Of a stretch of DNA of 64,000 nt, positions 42,801-51,387 are shown piece after piece. The position numbers and the translations under genes are program-made. Location of the stretch: positions 23,185,648 to 23,249,647 of the forward strand of contig NC_092673.1 of NCBI RefSeq assembly GCF_964355755.1. The letters are read 5' to 3'. Each line of letters begins with the position of its first letter. Within the stretch, counting starts at the first letter, position 1. Below the pieces are notes generated by a model. It was not told the origin of the DNA. It saw only the letters and a program-made list of their open reading frames with translations, and ran no database searches. The DNA is from Antedon mediterranea. Its lineage: Eukaryota > Animalia > Echinodermata.

Positions 42801-42867
42801 TAGACGTTACATTGATTACAAGACTACGTTTGTTATCTATATATCAATATCGGCATACACATTTTAA
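1520..42867 (+). CDS. HMCN1: Hemicentin (fibulin-6/HIM-4 family), 5'-partial multi-exon gene, 58 exons in window
   Basis: Domain order Ig(n)-TSP1x6-G2-EGF_Ca-fibulin C-terminus is diagnostic of hemicentin-1-like proteins. Exons are bounded by AG/GT and join in frame, mostly in phase 1. The first exons read ...[50 protein letters not shown], which resembles the Ig1/Ig2 junction of vertebrate HMCN1 as I recall it. The CDS ends ...[15 protein letters not shown] at 42867. The symbol indicates family-level similarity only. Confidence 0.95.
3143..3305. mobile_element. MITE (~160 bp)
   Basis: Imperfect TIRs TAGGGACTTAAGAAATACGACGG ... CCGTCGTGTTTCGTAAAGTCCCTA. Confidence 0.65.
9121..9257. mobile_element. 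MITE family A, copy 1
   Basis: TIR AAGCTCTGTCTACACTATCAAACT ... AGTTTGATAGTGTAGAC. Related copies lie at ~24762-24878 and ~39156-39294. Confidence 0.75.
10173..11612 (-). mobile_element. Non-autonomous Helitron (~1.44 kb)
   Basis: On the minus strand it begins TC(TATATATAAA) and ends with a 13-bp-stem hairpin CTAGATGGTACGC-11 nt-GCGTACCATCTAG terminating in CTAG. It sits between an A and a T with no TSD and no Rep/Hel ORF. Confidence 0.75.
12234..12366. mobile_element. MITE family B, copy 1
   Basis: Perfect TIR TAAAGCTTGGTTCCCACTA ... TAGTGGGAACCAAGCTTTA. A second copy lies at 63632-63776. Confidence 0.8.
13502..13634. repeat. Long imperfect inverted repeat (foldback MITE-like)
   Basis: CATGAGTTAGTAG...AATTAGCAAAAC arm pairs with GTTTTGCTAATT...CTACTAACTCATG arm. 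Confidence 0.6.
14154..14309. mobile_element. Short GC-rich MITE adjacent to a family-D terminus
   Basis: Ends CAGTGGTGTAA ... TTACGCCACTG. It is preceded at ~14109 by AAGCCTAGTCTACACTAGCAAACTT, the same terminus as the 41828-42067 element. No TSD is evident. Confidence 0.5.
18354..18477. mobile_element. MITE family C, degenerate copy
   Basis: Starts TA|CAGTCAACTCTCCCAATACCAGAC and shares GGAATGTGTTTCTAATGGTAAAAATGAA with the 28487 copy. Confidence 0.65.
24762..24878. mobile_element. MITE family A, copy 2 (partial left end)
   Basis: Ends AAGTTTGATAGTGTAGACAGAGCTTTA and shares internal CAAATATGGTAGT/ATATATGGGCA sequence with the other copies. Confidence 0.7.
25627..25784. mobile_element. MITE family C (Tc1/mariner-pogo type), TA TSD
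   Basis: TA|CAGTCGACTCTCCCAATACC ... GGTATTGGGAGAGTTGACTG|TA. Degenerate copies at ~18354-18477 and ~28487-28638. Confidence 0.8.
26885..27105 (-). repeat. Possible SINE-like interspersed repeat fragment
   Basis: GC-richer intronic block after a (TTTA)n-like run. Its CTACTCGTCTAGAAAGATGTACTAGGTTCTTTA loosely matches CTATTCTTTTCGAATAGTGTACCAAGTTCTTTA at ~23464. Confidence 0.35.
28487..28638. mobile_element. MITE family C, degenerate copy
   Basis: Ends GTATTGGGTTGACTG|TA; its interior matches the reverse complement of 25627-25784. Confidence 0.65.
28926..32306 (+). CDS. HMCN1: Hemicentin thrombospondin type-1 repeat exons (6)
   Basis: Exons 28926-29111, 29627-29797, 30509-30673, 31323-31493, 31612-31779, 32136-32306. 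Each carries a (D/N/H)G.W..W..W..CS..CG.G...R.R.C-type motif. Confidence 0.93.
32786..34631 (+). CDS. HMCN1: Hemicentin nidogen-like G2 domain exons (3)
   Basis: Exons 32786-32929, 33111-33248 and 34284-34631. Motifs include [51 protein letters not shown] and [10 protein letters not shown]. Confidence 0.9.
33203..33985 (+). repeat. Tandem array (52-63 bp units, ~14 copies) derived from an exon 3' end plus 5' splice site
   Basis: Unit ACAAATGGAATATTCCAACAGT(C/A)TTCAAG(G/T)GTTGAGTTTAATACTG|GTGAG. The first copy is the coding end of exon 33111-33248. Confidence 0.9.
35006..42867 (+). CDS. HMCN1: Hemicentin EGF_Ca exons and fibulin-type C-terminal module
   Basis: Exons 35006-35077, 35420-35542, 37870-38007, 38278-38400, 38956-39078, 39955-40077, 40410-40667, 41046-41177, 41464-41578, 42167-42353, 42682-42867. 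Motifs D(I/V)(N/D)EC...C.NT.GSY.C.C; stop TAA ends at 42867. Confidence 0.9.
35700..35986 (+). mobile_element. tRNA-derived SINE with 10-bp TSD
   Basis: Pol III box A TGGCGCAGTGG, box B GGTTCAAGCC, anticodon-like loop CTTGCAA, then a GTCCTTGAGCAAG body. TSD CTAATGTATG at 35690-35699 and 35987-35996. Confidence 0.85.
36214..37803 (+). mobile_element. Helentron/HINE (Helitron2)-like non-autonomous element (~1.6 kb)
   Basis: 5' subTIR TTAGTTATCCGC lies within a hairpin (...AGAGCGGATAAC). The 3' subTIR GCGGATAACTAA is followed by palindrome ACTCGTCA-AAG-TGACGAGT and CTAGTTTTT. Both ends are in T-runs, and there is an internal diverged ~353-bp duplication. Confidence 0.75.
39156..39294. mobile_element. 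MITE family A, copy 3
   Basis: Starts AAGCTCTGCCTACACTATCAAACTAGTTTGA and ends ...GTGTAGAC. Confidence 0.7.
39331..39380. repeat. (AAGATTAAAG)5 short tandem repeat
   Basis: Five perfect 10-bp copies. Confidence 0.9.
39487..39629 (-). mobile_element. 5'-truncated RTE-clade LINE with (TAAG)n tail and 11-bp TSD
   Basis: The minus strand encodes [35 protein letters not shown] (RTE-type RT C-terminus) followed by TAAG repeats. TSD CAGATGACTTA at 39476-39486 and 39630-39640. Confidence 0.75.
41828..42067. mobile_element. MITE family D (~240 bp)
   Basis: Imperfect TIRs TAAGCATAGTGTACATTAGCAAAC ... GTTTACCAGTGTAGACTAGGCTTTA. Confidence 0.55.
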
Positions 42868-43646
42868 ATTATAATGAACTTGAAGAATTTGCGTATTCAG
42901 GTTATAATGAGCAAATAATTTTAATAACGATATTTTTACACATTTATTGTTATTATTTATACAGTTTTAACTAGTACATGAAGTTTAAACAGTTATTTTT
43001 ATACTATTTTCTTTAAATAATCCAATTTGGACATTATTTATCAATTTGTATAAAAAAAAACCAATCTGTATTTAACTTCATGAAAGTCTGAATTTTTAAA
43101 ACACATTAAAAAAAAATGTACATGTCAGTTTTAATGAACTGAAAATGTGTTTGTACTTTATATATGTATTTAATAGGGAAAGAAAAATTGGTTTTGTTAT
43201 AAATTTTAAAAAATAGCAGCTAGCCTGTTATGTTTCTAAGGGAGTTTTTCAAAATGAAATGTGTAGAATTCAAAATGCCAAGATGAGGCATACATGTATA
43301 GATGTGTTCATTCAAGTTCCTATTTTAATGTAAGAAAAACAGTAAAGTATTTGATGCAGTTTTAAGCTTTTTTATATGTAATCAGTACATTATACATTGT
43401 TGTGATAAGTGTGAGTTTCTTATGGCTTTGTAAATGCAAATATGGTGCTTTAAAAAAAATCAACGAAATACAGTTAGAAATCTTACACAGTGGGTGTATA
43501 ATTCTAAAAATAGTTCTGAATTGTAAATAAGTATCAAATTAAAAGGATAAACAATTTGGTACAGTTGGTTCCAAATTCATTTAATGTCAATAATTCATAT
43601 ATTCTTTTTAACTGACACAAACTATTTTATAAAAGATGTCCAGAAA

Positions 43647-43652
43647 AATAAA
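43647..43652 (+). terminator. Candidate polyadenylation signal of hemicentin
   Basis: AATAAA about 780 nt after the stop codon; weak evidence in AT-rich DNA. Confidence 0.3.
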
Positions 43653-44090
43653 TATTAAAATGATTTTATTGTAAATTCAACTGCATTTGGAATAATTCAA
43701 CTGTAGTCAGATGATGTACTTATTGCTATATTAACTAATTTATAGCATTGGTGAAGTAACTAGCTGTAGTAATTGCAGTTATGGTGATTAAACTGCAGTT
43801 ATAGTTATTATACTGTACTAAATTACTACATTAATGCAGCAATTCGCCAAAACAATTCAACTGTAGTAACCTAATGTACACTTTATCTTTCAGTACATAA
43901 TTTATTCTATCATTGCAACACATTGAGTCTTGGAAAGAACAAAAAAACATTAAATAATGTACATTATCTCCACACTGCATTTGTTTTTTTATTTAAGTAT
44001 AAGTCCACTTATAGTAATCCACTTTCAGATAGAATTTAGCATATTAACATAGTAACTATATGTTACACAAACATGAAATGAAAGAGTAAT

Positions 44091-44775
44091 AGAGTAACAG
44101 TATACCAGAGTAGCAGGTTAAAGTGAGTGGCCGGATAAACCAAAGTGACAGTATACCAGAGTAGCAGGTTAAACTGCGTGACAGGATAAACCACAGTGAC
44201 AGTATACCAGAGTAGCAGGTTAAACCGCGTGACAGGATAAACCAAAGTGACAATATACCAGAGTAGCAGGTTAAACCGTGTGACAGGATAAACCAAAGTG
44301 ACAATATACCAGAGTAGCAGGTTAAACCGCGTAACAGGATAAACCAAAGTGATAGTATACCAGAGTAGCAGGTTAAACCGCGTGACAGGATAAACCAAAG
44401 TGACAGTATACCAGAGTAGCAGGTTAAACCGCATGACAGGATAAACCAAAGTGACAATATACCAGAGTAGCAGGTTAAACCGCGTGACAGGATAAACCAA
44501 AGTGACAGTATACCAGAGTAGCAGGTTAAACCGCATGACAGGATAAACCAAAGTGACAATATACCAGAGTAACAGGTTAAACCGCGTGACAGGATAAACC
44601 AAAGTGACAGTATACCAGAGTAGCAGGTTAAACCGCGTGACAGGATAAACCAAAGTGACAATATACCAGAGTAGCAGGTTAAACCGCGTGACAGGATAAA
44701 CCAAAGTGACAGTATAACAGAGTAACAGGTTAAACAGACTAACCGGTTAAACAGAGTGACATGATAACAGAGTAA
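44091..44775. repeat. 51-bp minisatellite, ~13 copies
   Basis: Unit GTGACAGTATACCAGAGTAGCAGGTTAAACCGCGTGACAGGATAAACCAAA. It explains the 17-aa periodic ORFs at 44056-44778. Confidence 0.95.
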
Positions 44776-44833
44776 CATAATAAATAAGGATCAGAACATC
44801 TCCCATTCTTAATAAAAAAAAACCTGAACTATA

Positions 44834-47800
44834 CGGCCCTGTCATGAAAGAACGACTCAACTGACACATTTTTCAAAAATCACTTTTTTAGCTTTTTGGG
44901 CTATTTAGGGAATGATACACCTTGTGGTATATTCAGATATTCAAAATTTTAACTAGAAATATGAAATTTAAAAATCAAAATACCACTCAATTACAAGTGT
45001 GTGTTACTATTGTCACCAAAGACTAACTCAACTACAAATGCCATGAAAGACTCACTCAAATGACATATTAACACCTATTATGTCATAGGAAACCCATTCA
45101 AGTGCACAACAAAGGTGTTAATTGTACAGCAAGCTGTGTAATGTTGTTGTTTTAAACATAAACTAATTTGGTACTGCCCTACGAATAATTGTCAATAATT
45201 TTTTTATTCAATACTCACTTAAATTTGTTTAGTTATTATTAGAGTATTAATTTTATTTCTGGAATATTTAGAATTAAATACCTTGGAGAGAGACTATGTG
45301 AACACCGTAATGATATTATTATTGAATATTCTCCCTCTTAAATTAATACTTAAAACTAAAGTAAAAATACAAGAAACATGAAAAACAATTTTCAAAAATT
45401 TTCAAAAAATGGCAGATTTTCGACCTTTTTATTTTTCTATAAAACTGGTTACTATAGCACAATTGAAATGCGGAGAACCCATTATTCGCCTCTGCGCATG
45501 TTTATTATGCTATAGTAACCATTTATTTCAAAACTGGTTACTATAGCACAATTGACATGCGCAGAACCCATTAGTCGCCTTTGCCCATGTTTATTATGCT
45601 ATAGTAACCATTTATGTCAAAAGTAACCACTTTTTTAACATGCGCAGAACCCATTAGTTGACTCTGCGCATGTTTATTATGCTGTAGTAACCATTTATGT
45701 CAAAACTGGTTACTGTAGCACTATTGACATGCGCAGAACCTATTATTCGTCTCTGCGCATGTTTATTATGCAATAGTATCCATTGATGTCCAAAAATAAA
45801 AGGGTCGAAAATCGGCCATTTTTCGAAAATTTTCCTGTACTATAGTACAGGGATTTTTCAAAAAATGGCAAATTTTCGACGTTTTTATTTTTCGATAAAA
45901 CTGGTTACTATAGCACAATTAACATGCGCAGAACCCATTAGTCGCCTCTGGGCATGTTTATTATGCTATAGTAACCATTTATGTCAAAACTGGTTACTGT
46001 AGCACTATTGACATGCGCAGAACCCATTATTCATGTCTGCGCATGTTTATTATGCAATAGTAATCATTTATGTCAAAAAATAAAAGGGTCGAATATCGGC
46101 AATTTTTCGAAAATTTCCCTTTTTTTTTCAAAAAATGGCAAGTTTTCGACCTTTTTATTTTTCGATAAAACTGGTTACTATAGCACAATTAACATGCGCA
46201 GAACCAATTAGTCGCCTCTGCGCATGTTTATTATGCTATAGTAACCATTTATGTCAAAACTGGTTACTGTAGCACAATTGACAGGTGCAGAACCCATTAT
46301 TCGTCTCTGCGCATGAACCCATAATTCGTCTCTGCGCATGTTTATTATGCAATAGTAACGATTTATGTCCAAAAATAAAAGGGTCGAAAATCGGCCACTT
46401 TTCGAATATTTTCCTGTACTATAGTACAGGGATTTTTCAAAAAATGGCAAATTTTCGACATTTTTATTTTTCGATAAAACTGGTTACTATAGCACAATTA
46501 ACATGCGCAGAACCCATTAGTCACCTCTGCGCATGTTTATTATGCTATAGTAACCATTTATGTCAAAACTGGTTACTGTAGCACAATTGACATGCGCAGA
46601 ACCCATTATTCGTCTCTGCGCATGTTTATTACGCAATAGTAACGATTTATGTCAAAAAATAAAAGGGTCGAAAATCGGCCATTTTTCGAAAATTTCCATG
46701 TACTATATAGTACAGGGATTTTTCAAAAAATGGCAAATTTTCGACCTTTTTATTTTTCGATAAAACTGGTTACTATAGCACAATTAACATGCGCAGAACC
46801 CATTAGTCGCCTCTGGGCATGTTTATTATTCTATAGTAACCATTTATGTCAAAACTGGTTACTGTAGCACTATTGACATGCGCAGAACCCATTATTCATA
46901 TCTGCGCATGTTTATTATGCAATAGTAATCATTTATGTCCAAAAATAAAAGGGTCGAAAATCGGCCATTTTTCGAAAATTTCCCTGTACTATAGTACAGC
47001 GATTTTTAAAAAAATGGCAAGTTTTCGACCTTTTTATTTTTCGATAAAACTGATTACTATAGCACAATTAACATGCGCAGAACCAATTAGTCGCCTCTGC
47101 GCATGTTTATTATGCTATAGTAACCATTTATGTCAAAACTGGTTACTGTAGCACAATTGACAGGCGCAGAACCCATTATTCGTCTCTGCGCATGAACCCA
47201 TTATTCGTCTCTGCGCATGTTTATTATGCAATAGTAACGATTTATGTCCAAAAATAAAAGGGTCGAAAATCGGCCATTTTTAGAAAATTTTCCTGTACTA
47301 TAGTACAGGGATTTTTCAAAAAATGGCAAATTTTCGACCTTTTTATTTTTCGATAAAACTGGTTACTATAGCACAATTAACATGCGCAGAACCCATTAGT
47401 CGCCTCTGCGCATGTTTATTACGCTACAGTAACCATTTATGTCAAAACTGGTTACTGTAGCACAATTGACATGCGCAGAACCCATTATTCGTCTCTGCAC
47501 ATGTTTATTATGCAATAGTAACCATTTATGTCCAAAAATAAAAGGGTCGAAAATCGGCCATTTTCCGAAAATTTCCATGTACTATATAGTACAGGGATTT
47601 TTCAAAAAATGGCAAATTTTCGACCTTTTTATTTTTCGATAAAACTGGTTACTATAGCACAATTAACATGCGCAGAACCCATTATTCGCCTTTGCCCATG
47701 TTTATTATGCTATAGTAACCATTTATGTCAAAAGTAACCACTTTTTTAACATGCGCAGAACCCATTAGTCGCCTCTGCGAATGTTTATTATGCTGTAGTA

Positions 47801-49998
47801 ACGAGTTATGTCAAAACTGGTTACTGTACCACTATTGACATGCGCAGAACCCATTATTCGACTCTGTGCATGTTTATTATGCAATAGTAACCATTTATGT
47901 CAAAAAATAAAAGGGTAAAAAATCGGCCATTTTTCGAAAATTTTCCTGTACTATAGTACAGGGATTTTTCAAGAAATGGCAAATTTTCGACCTTTTTATT
48001 TTTTGATAAAACTGGTTACTATAGCACAATTAACATGCGCAGAACCCATTAGTCACCTCTGCGTATGTTTATTATGCTATAGTAACCATTTATGTCAAAA
48101 CTGGTTACTGTAGCATAATTGACATGCGCAGAACCCATTATTCGTCTCTTCGCATGTTTATTATGCAATAGTAACGATTTATGTCAAAAAATAAAAGGGT
48201 CGATAATTTTCGACCTTTTTATTTTTCGATAAAACTGGTTACTATAGCACAATTAACATGCGCAGAACCCATTATTCGCCTTTACCCATGTTTATTATGC
48301 TATAGTAACCATTTATGTCAAAAGTAACCACTTTTTTAACATGCGCAGAACCCATTAGTCGCCTCTGCGAATGTTTATTATGCTGTAGTAACGAGTTATG
48401 TCAAAACTGGTTACTGTACCACTATTGACATGTGCAGAACCCATTATTCGACTCTGTGCATGTTTATTATGCAATAGTAACCATTTATGTCAAAAAATAA
48501 AAGGGTGGAAAATCGGCCATTTTTCGAAAATTTTTCTGTACTTATAGTACAGGGATTTTTCAAAAAATGGCAAATTTTCGACCTTTTTATTTTTCGATAA
48601 AACTGGTTACTATAGCACAATTAACATGCGCAGAACCCATTAGTCGCCTCTGCGCATGTTTATTATGCTATAGTAACCATTTATGTCAAAACTGGTTACT
48701 GTAGCACAATTGACATGCACAGAACCCATTATTCGTCTCTGCGCATGTTTATTATACAATATTAACCATTTATGTCCAAAAATAAAAGGGTCGAAAATCG
48801 ACCATTTTTCGGAAATGGCCAAATATCGGCAATTTTTCGAAAATTTCCCTGTACTATAGTACAGAGGTTTTTCAAAAAATGGCAAATTTTCGACCTTTTT
48901 ATTTTTCGATAAAACTGGTTACTATAGCACAATTGACATGCGTAGAACCCATTATTCGCCTCTGCGCATGTTTATTATGCAATAGTAACCATTTATGTCA
49001 AAAAATAAAAGGGTCGAATATCGGCCATTTTTCGAAAATTTCCCTGTACTATAGTACAGGGATTTTTCAAAAAATGGCAAATTATCGACCGTTTTAATTT
49101 TCGATAAAACTGGTTACTATAGCACAATTAACATGCACAGAACCCATTTTATCGACTCTGCGCATGTTTATTATGCTATAGTAACCATGCATGTTTATTA
49201 TGCTATAGTAACCCTCTAATGGTTACTATAGCATAATAAACATGCGCAGAGTCGAATAATGGGTTCTGCGCATGTCAATTGTGCTATAGTAACCATTTAT
49301 GTCAAATATGGTTATGATAGCACAATTGACATGCGCAGAACCCATTATTCGACTCTGCGCATGTTTATTATGCAATAGTAACCATTTATGTAAAAAAATA
49401 AAAGGGTCGAAAATCGGCCATTTTTAGAAAATTTCCCTGTACTATAGTACAGCGATTTGTCAAAAAATGGCAAGTTTTCGATAAAACTGGTTACTATAGC
49501 ACAATTGACATGTGCAGAACCCATTATTCACCTTTGCCCATGTTTATTATGCTATAGTAACCATTTATGTCAAAAGTAACCACTTTTTTAACATGCGCAG
49601 AACCCATTAGTCGCCTCTGCGCATGTTTATTATGCTATAGTAACCATTTATGTCAAAACTGGTTACTGTAGCACTATTGACATGCGCAGAACCCATTATT
49701 CGTCTCTGCACATGTTTATTATGCAATAGTAACCATTTATGTCAAAAAATAAAAGGGTCGAAAATCGGCCATTTTTCGACAATTTCCAGGGATTTTTTAA
49801 AAAATGGCAAATTTTCGACCCTTTTATTTTTCGATAAAACTGGTTACTATAGCACAATTGACATGCGTAGAACCCATTATTCGCCTCTGCGCATGTTTAT
49901 TATGCTAATCAAAATAAGAGCTAAAACAAGAACACGTTTTGTTGATTATCTCAAAACTTTGCTTTATGCAGTTGAGTGGTTCTTTCATGACGGGGCAG
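44834..49998. mobile_element. ~5.2-kb non-autonomous TIR element carrying an internal palindromic satellite
   Basis: Left TATA|CGGCCCTGTCATGAAAGAACGACTCAACTG and right CAGTTGAGTGGTTCTTTCATGACGGGGCAG|TATA form a ~30-bp TIR with 3 mismatches. No transposase ORF. Confidence 0.8.
45400..49906. repeat. Higher-order tandem array (~285 bp = 2 x ~89-bp hairpin unit + ~105-bp palindromic spacer)
   Basis: Unit GGTTACTATAGCA..ACATGCGCAGA..loop..TCTGCGCATGT..TGCTATAGTAACC. The spacer is centred on CCTGTACTATAGTACAGG. Confidence 0.95.
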
Positions 49999-50142
49999 TA
50001 TAGTACAGGGATTTTTTTTATAAAAATGATATAGACTTTTCAGAACTTTAATACAGTATCCATTAGTGTGCTAGTATCTACTAAACATTGCAAGTAATGA
50101 AACTACATCAAAGGTACAATTTACATTTTAGTTGGGGAAATA

Positions 50143-50148
50143 TTTATT
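50143..50148 (-). terminator. Candidate polyadenylation signal of the collagen gene
   Basis: TTTATT on + (AATAAA on -) about 1.24 kb after the stop, just before the TIR element; weak evidence. Confidence 0.35.
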
Positions 50149-51387
50149 GTAAGAATGAAAATATTGTGTACAATAGATTGGTAATTATGTAATTCTTTTG
50201 CAAATGCAGCATTATGAAATATGATAATATTCACAGTTTTCACAAATTAATGATAATTATTTTTGTTTATTAAAAGTTTTAAAAATATGTCCTTGTAGGC
50301 ATTGTCCGTAGCAAGACAGTAAGAGTGACAACGCCTTAGAAACAAACAGCGTGGTGCGTCGGTCTTTTCGTGCCATTCCCTCTTTAATTATTAAAACATC
50401 TTCATCAGCAGGATAGGAAGATAAGGCTGCTCCGCTGTGAGGTAGTACTGTTTTGTGACTTCAGTGTTGTTATATTTGGTCATAATATTATGCCTGGTCC
50501 CAGTATTGTTTGTGCAGGTGACATAGTGCAGGTGACATCATTTTTAAATTGGTGCAAGTTTTCGTATAGTTGGCGCTAAGGCAATTAGGTCTTTTTCGTA
50601 TTATTATCATTACCTTAATGCTTTTGCCACCACAATGCTTTTAGTGACTGGAACTTCCGCAATCGAGGAAAACACAAAGCACTTGGATTATTACATGAAT
50701 ACTAATTATTAACTTTTGCTTATTTTTTTTTTAGTTTAAAGAATTTACAATTTGAAATTATAACATAATAAAAAGGGTTAAGGAAACTATTTCCTACGTA
50801 TAGATAGTCACTGCAGATTACGGGAACTCTCATTTCTACTATTTTACCTAAAAACTACTTAAAAAATAATGATTAATTCTCTATAAGAGCATTCCCTTAA
50901 AAACTATAATACAATTTATTTTGTCCAGTGTCGTAAAATTTAACAAAAAATATTGGAAGCTTTCCCGCCAGAACTGTATGCTACTATCACCTTCAAAAAT
51001 CTTACATCGGCTAAACATCTATTTGACAATCGTATATTATTATTATGAAAATTTACTTTTATCAAAAATAGCAACTTTAATTGGATATAGTACTAAAGAT
51101 AATCGGCTTGTTAGCTTGCAGCACACATTGGACATTGAGGGCGCTATGCAGTTCTTACCGGACCTTAAGTATCTTATTAAATTCAAGTACACTATTATAC
51201 AATTCTTGAGCAGTAAATTTGAAATAAGCTCGGCAAAATATACTGTGGTTACTACAAAATACTGGACTTTACATTGGATTAAATTTTGGGTCATGATAAT
51301 CATTTAAAAAAAGTTAATTATCAATTAAACAATACAACAAATAGCACCTTGATGAAATAAAACATGTATATTGTTCTTTTCAATAAA

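Noticed and set aside
44056-44778. 240-aa and 213-aa hydrophobic repetitive ORFs
   Set aside because: They are translations of a 51-bp minisatellite, open in multiple frames, with no splice or domain context.
45400-49906. CRISPR-like appearance (palindromic repeats with spacers) and many short ORFs
   Set aside because: The spacers are themselves repeated rather than unique, no cas genes are present and the context is eukaryotic; the ORFs are repeat translations.
50921-51307. 128-aa ORF in the collagen 3' region
   Set aside because: AT-rich composition, no recognisable motif, and antisense to the presumed 3' UTR.
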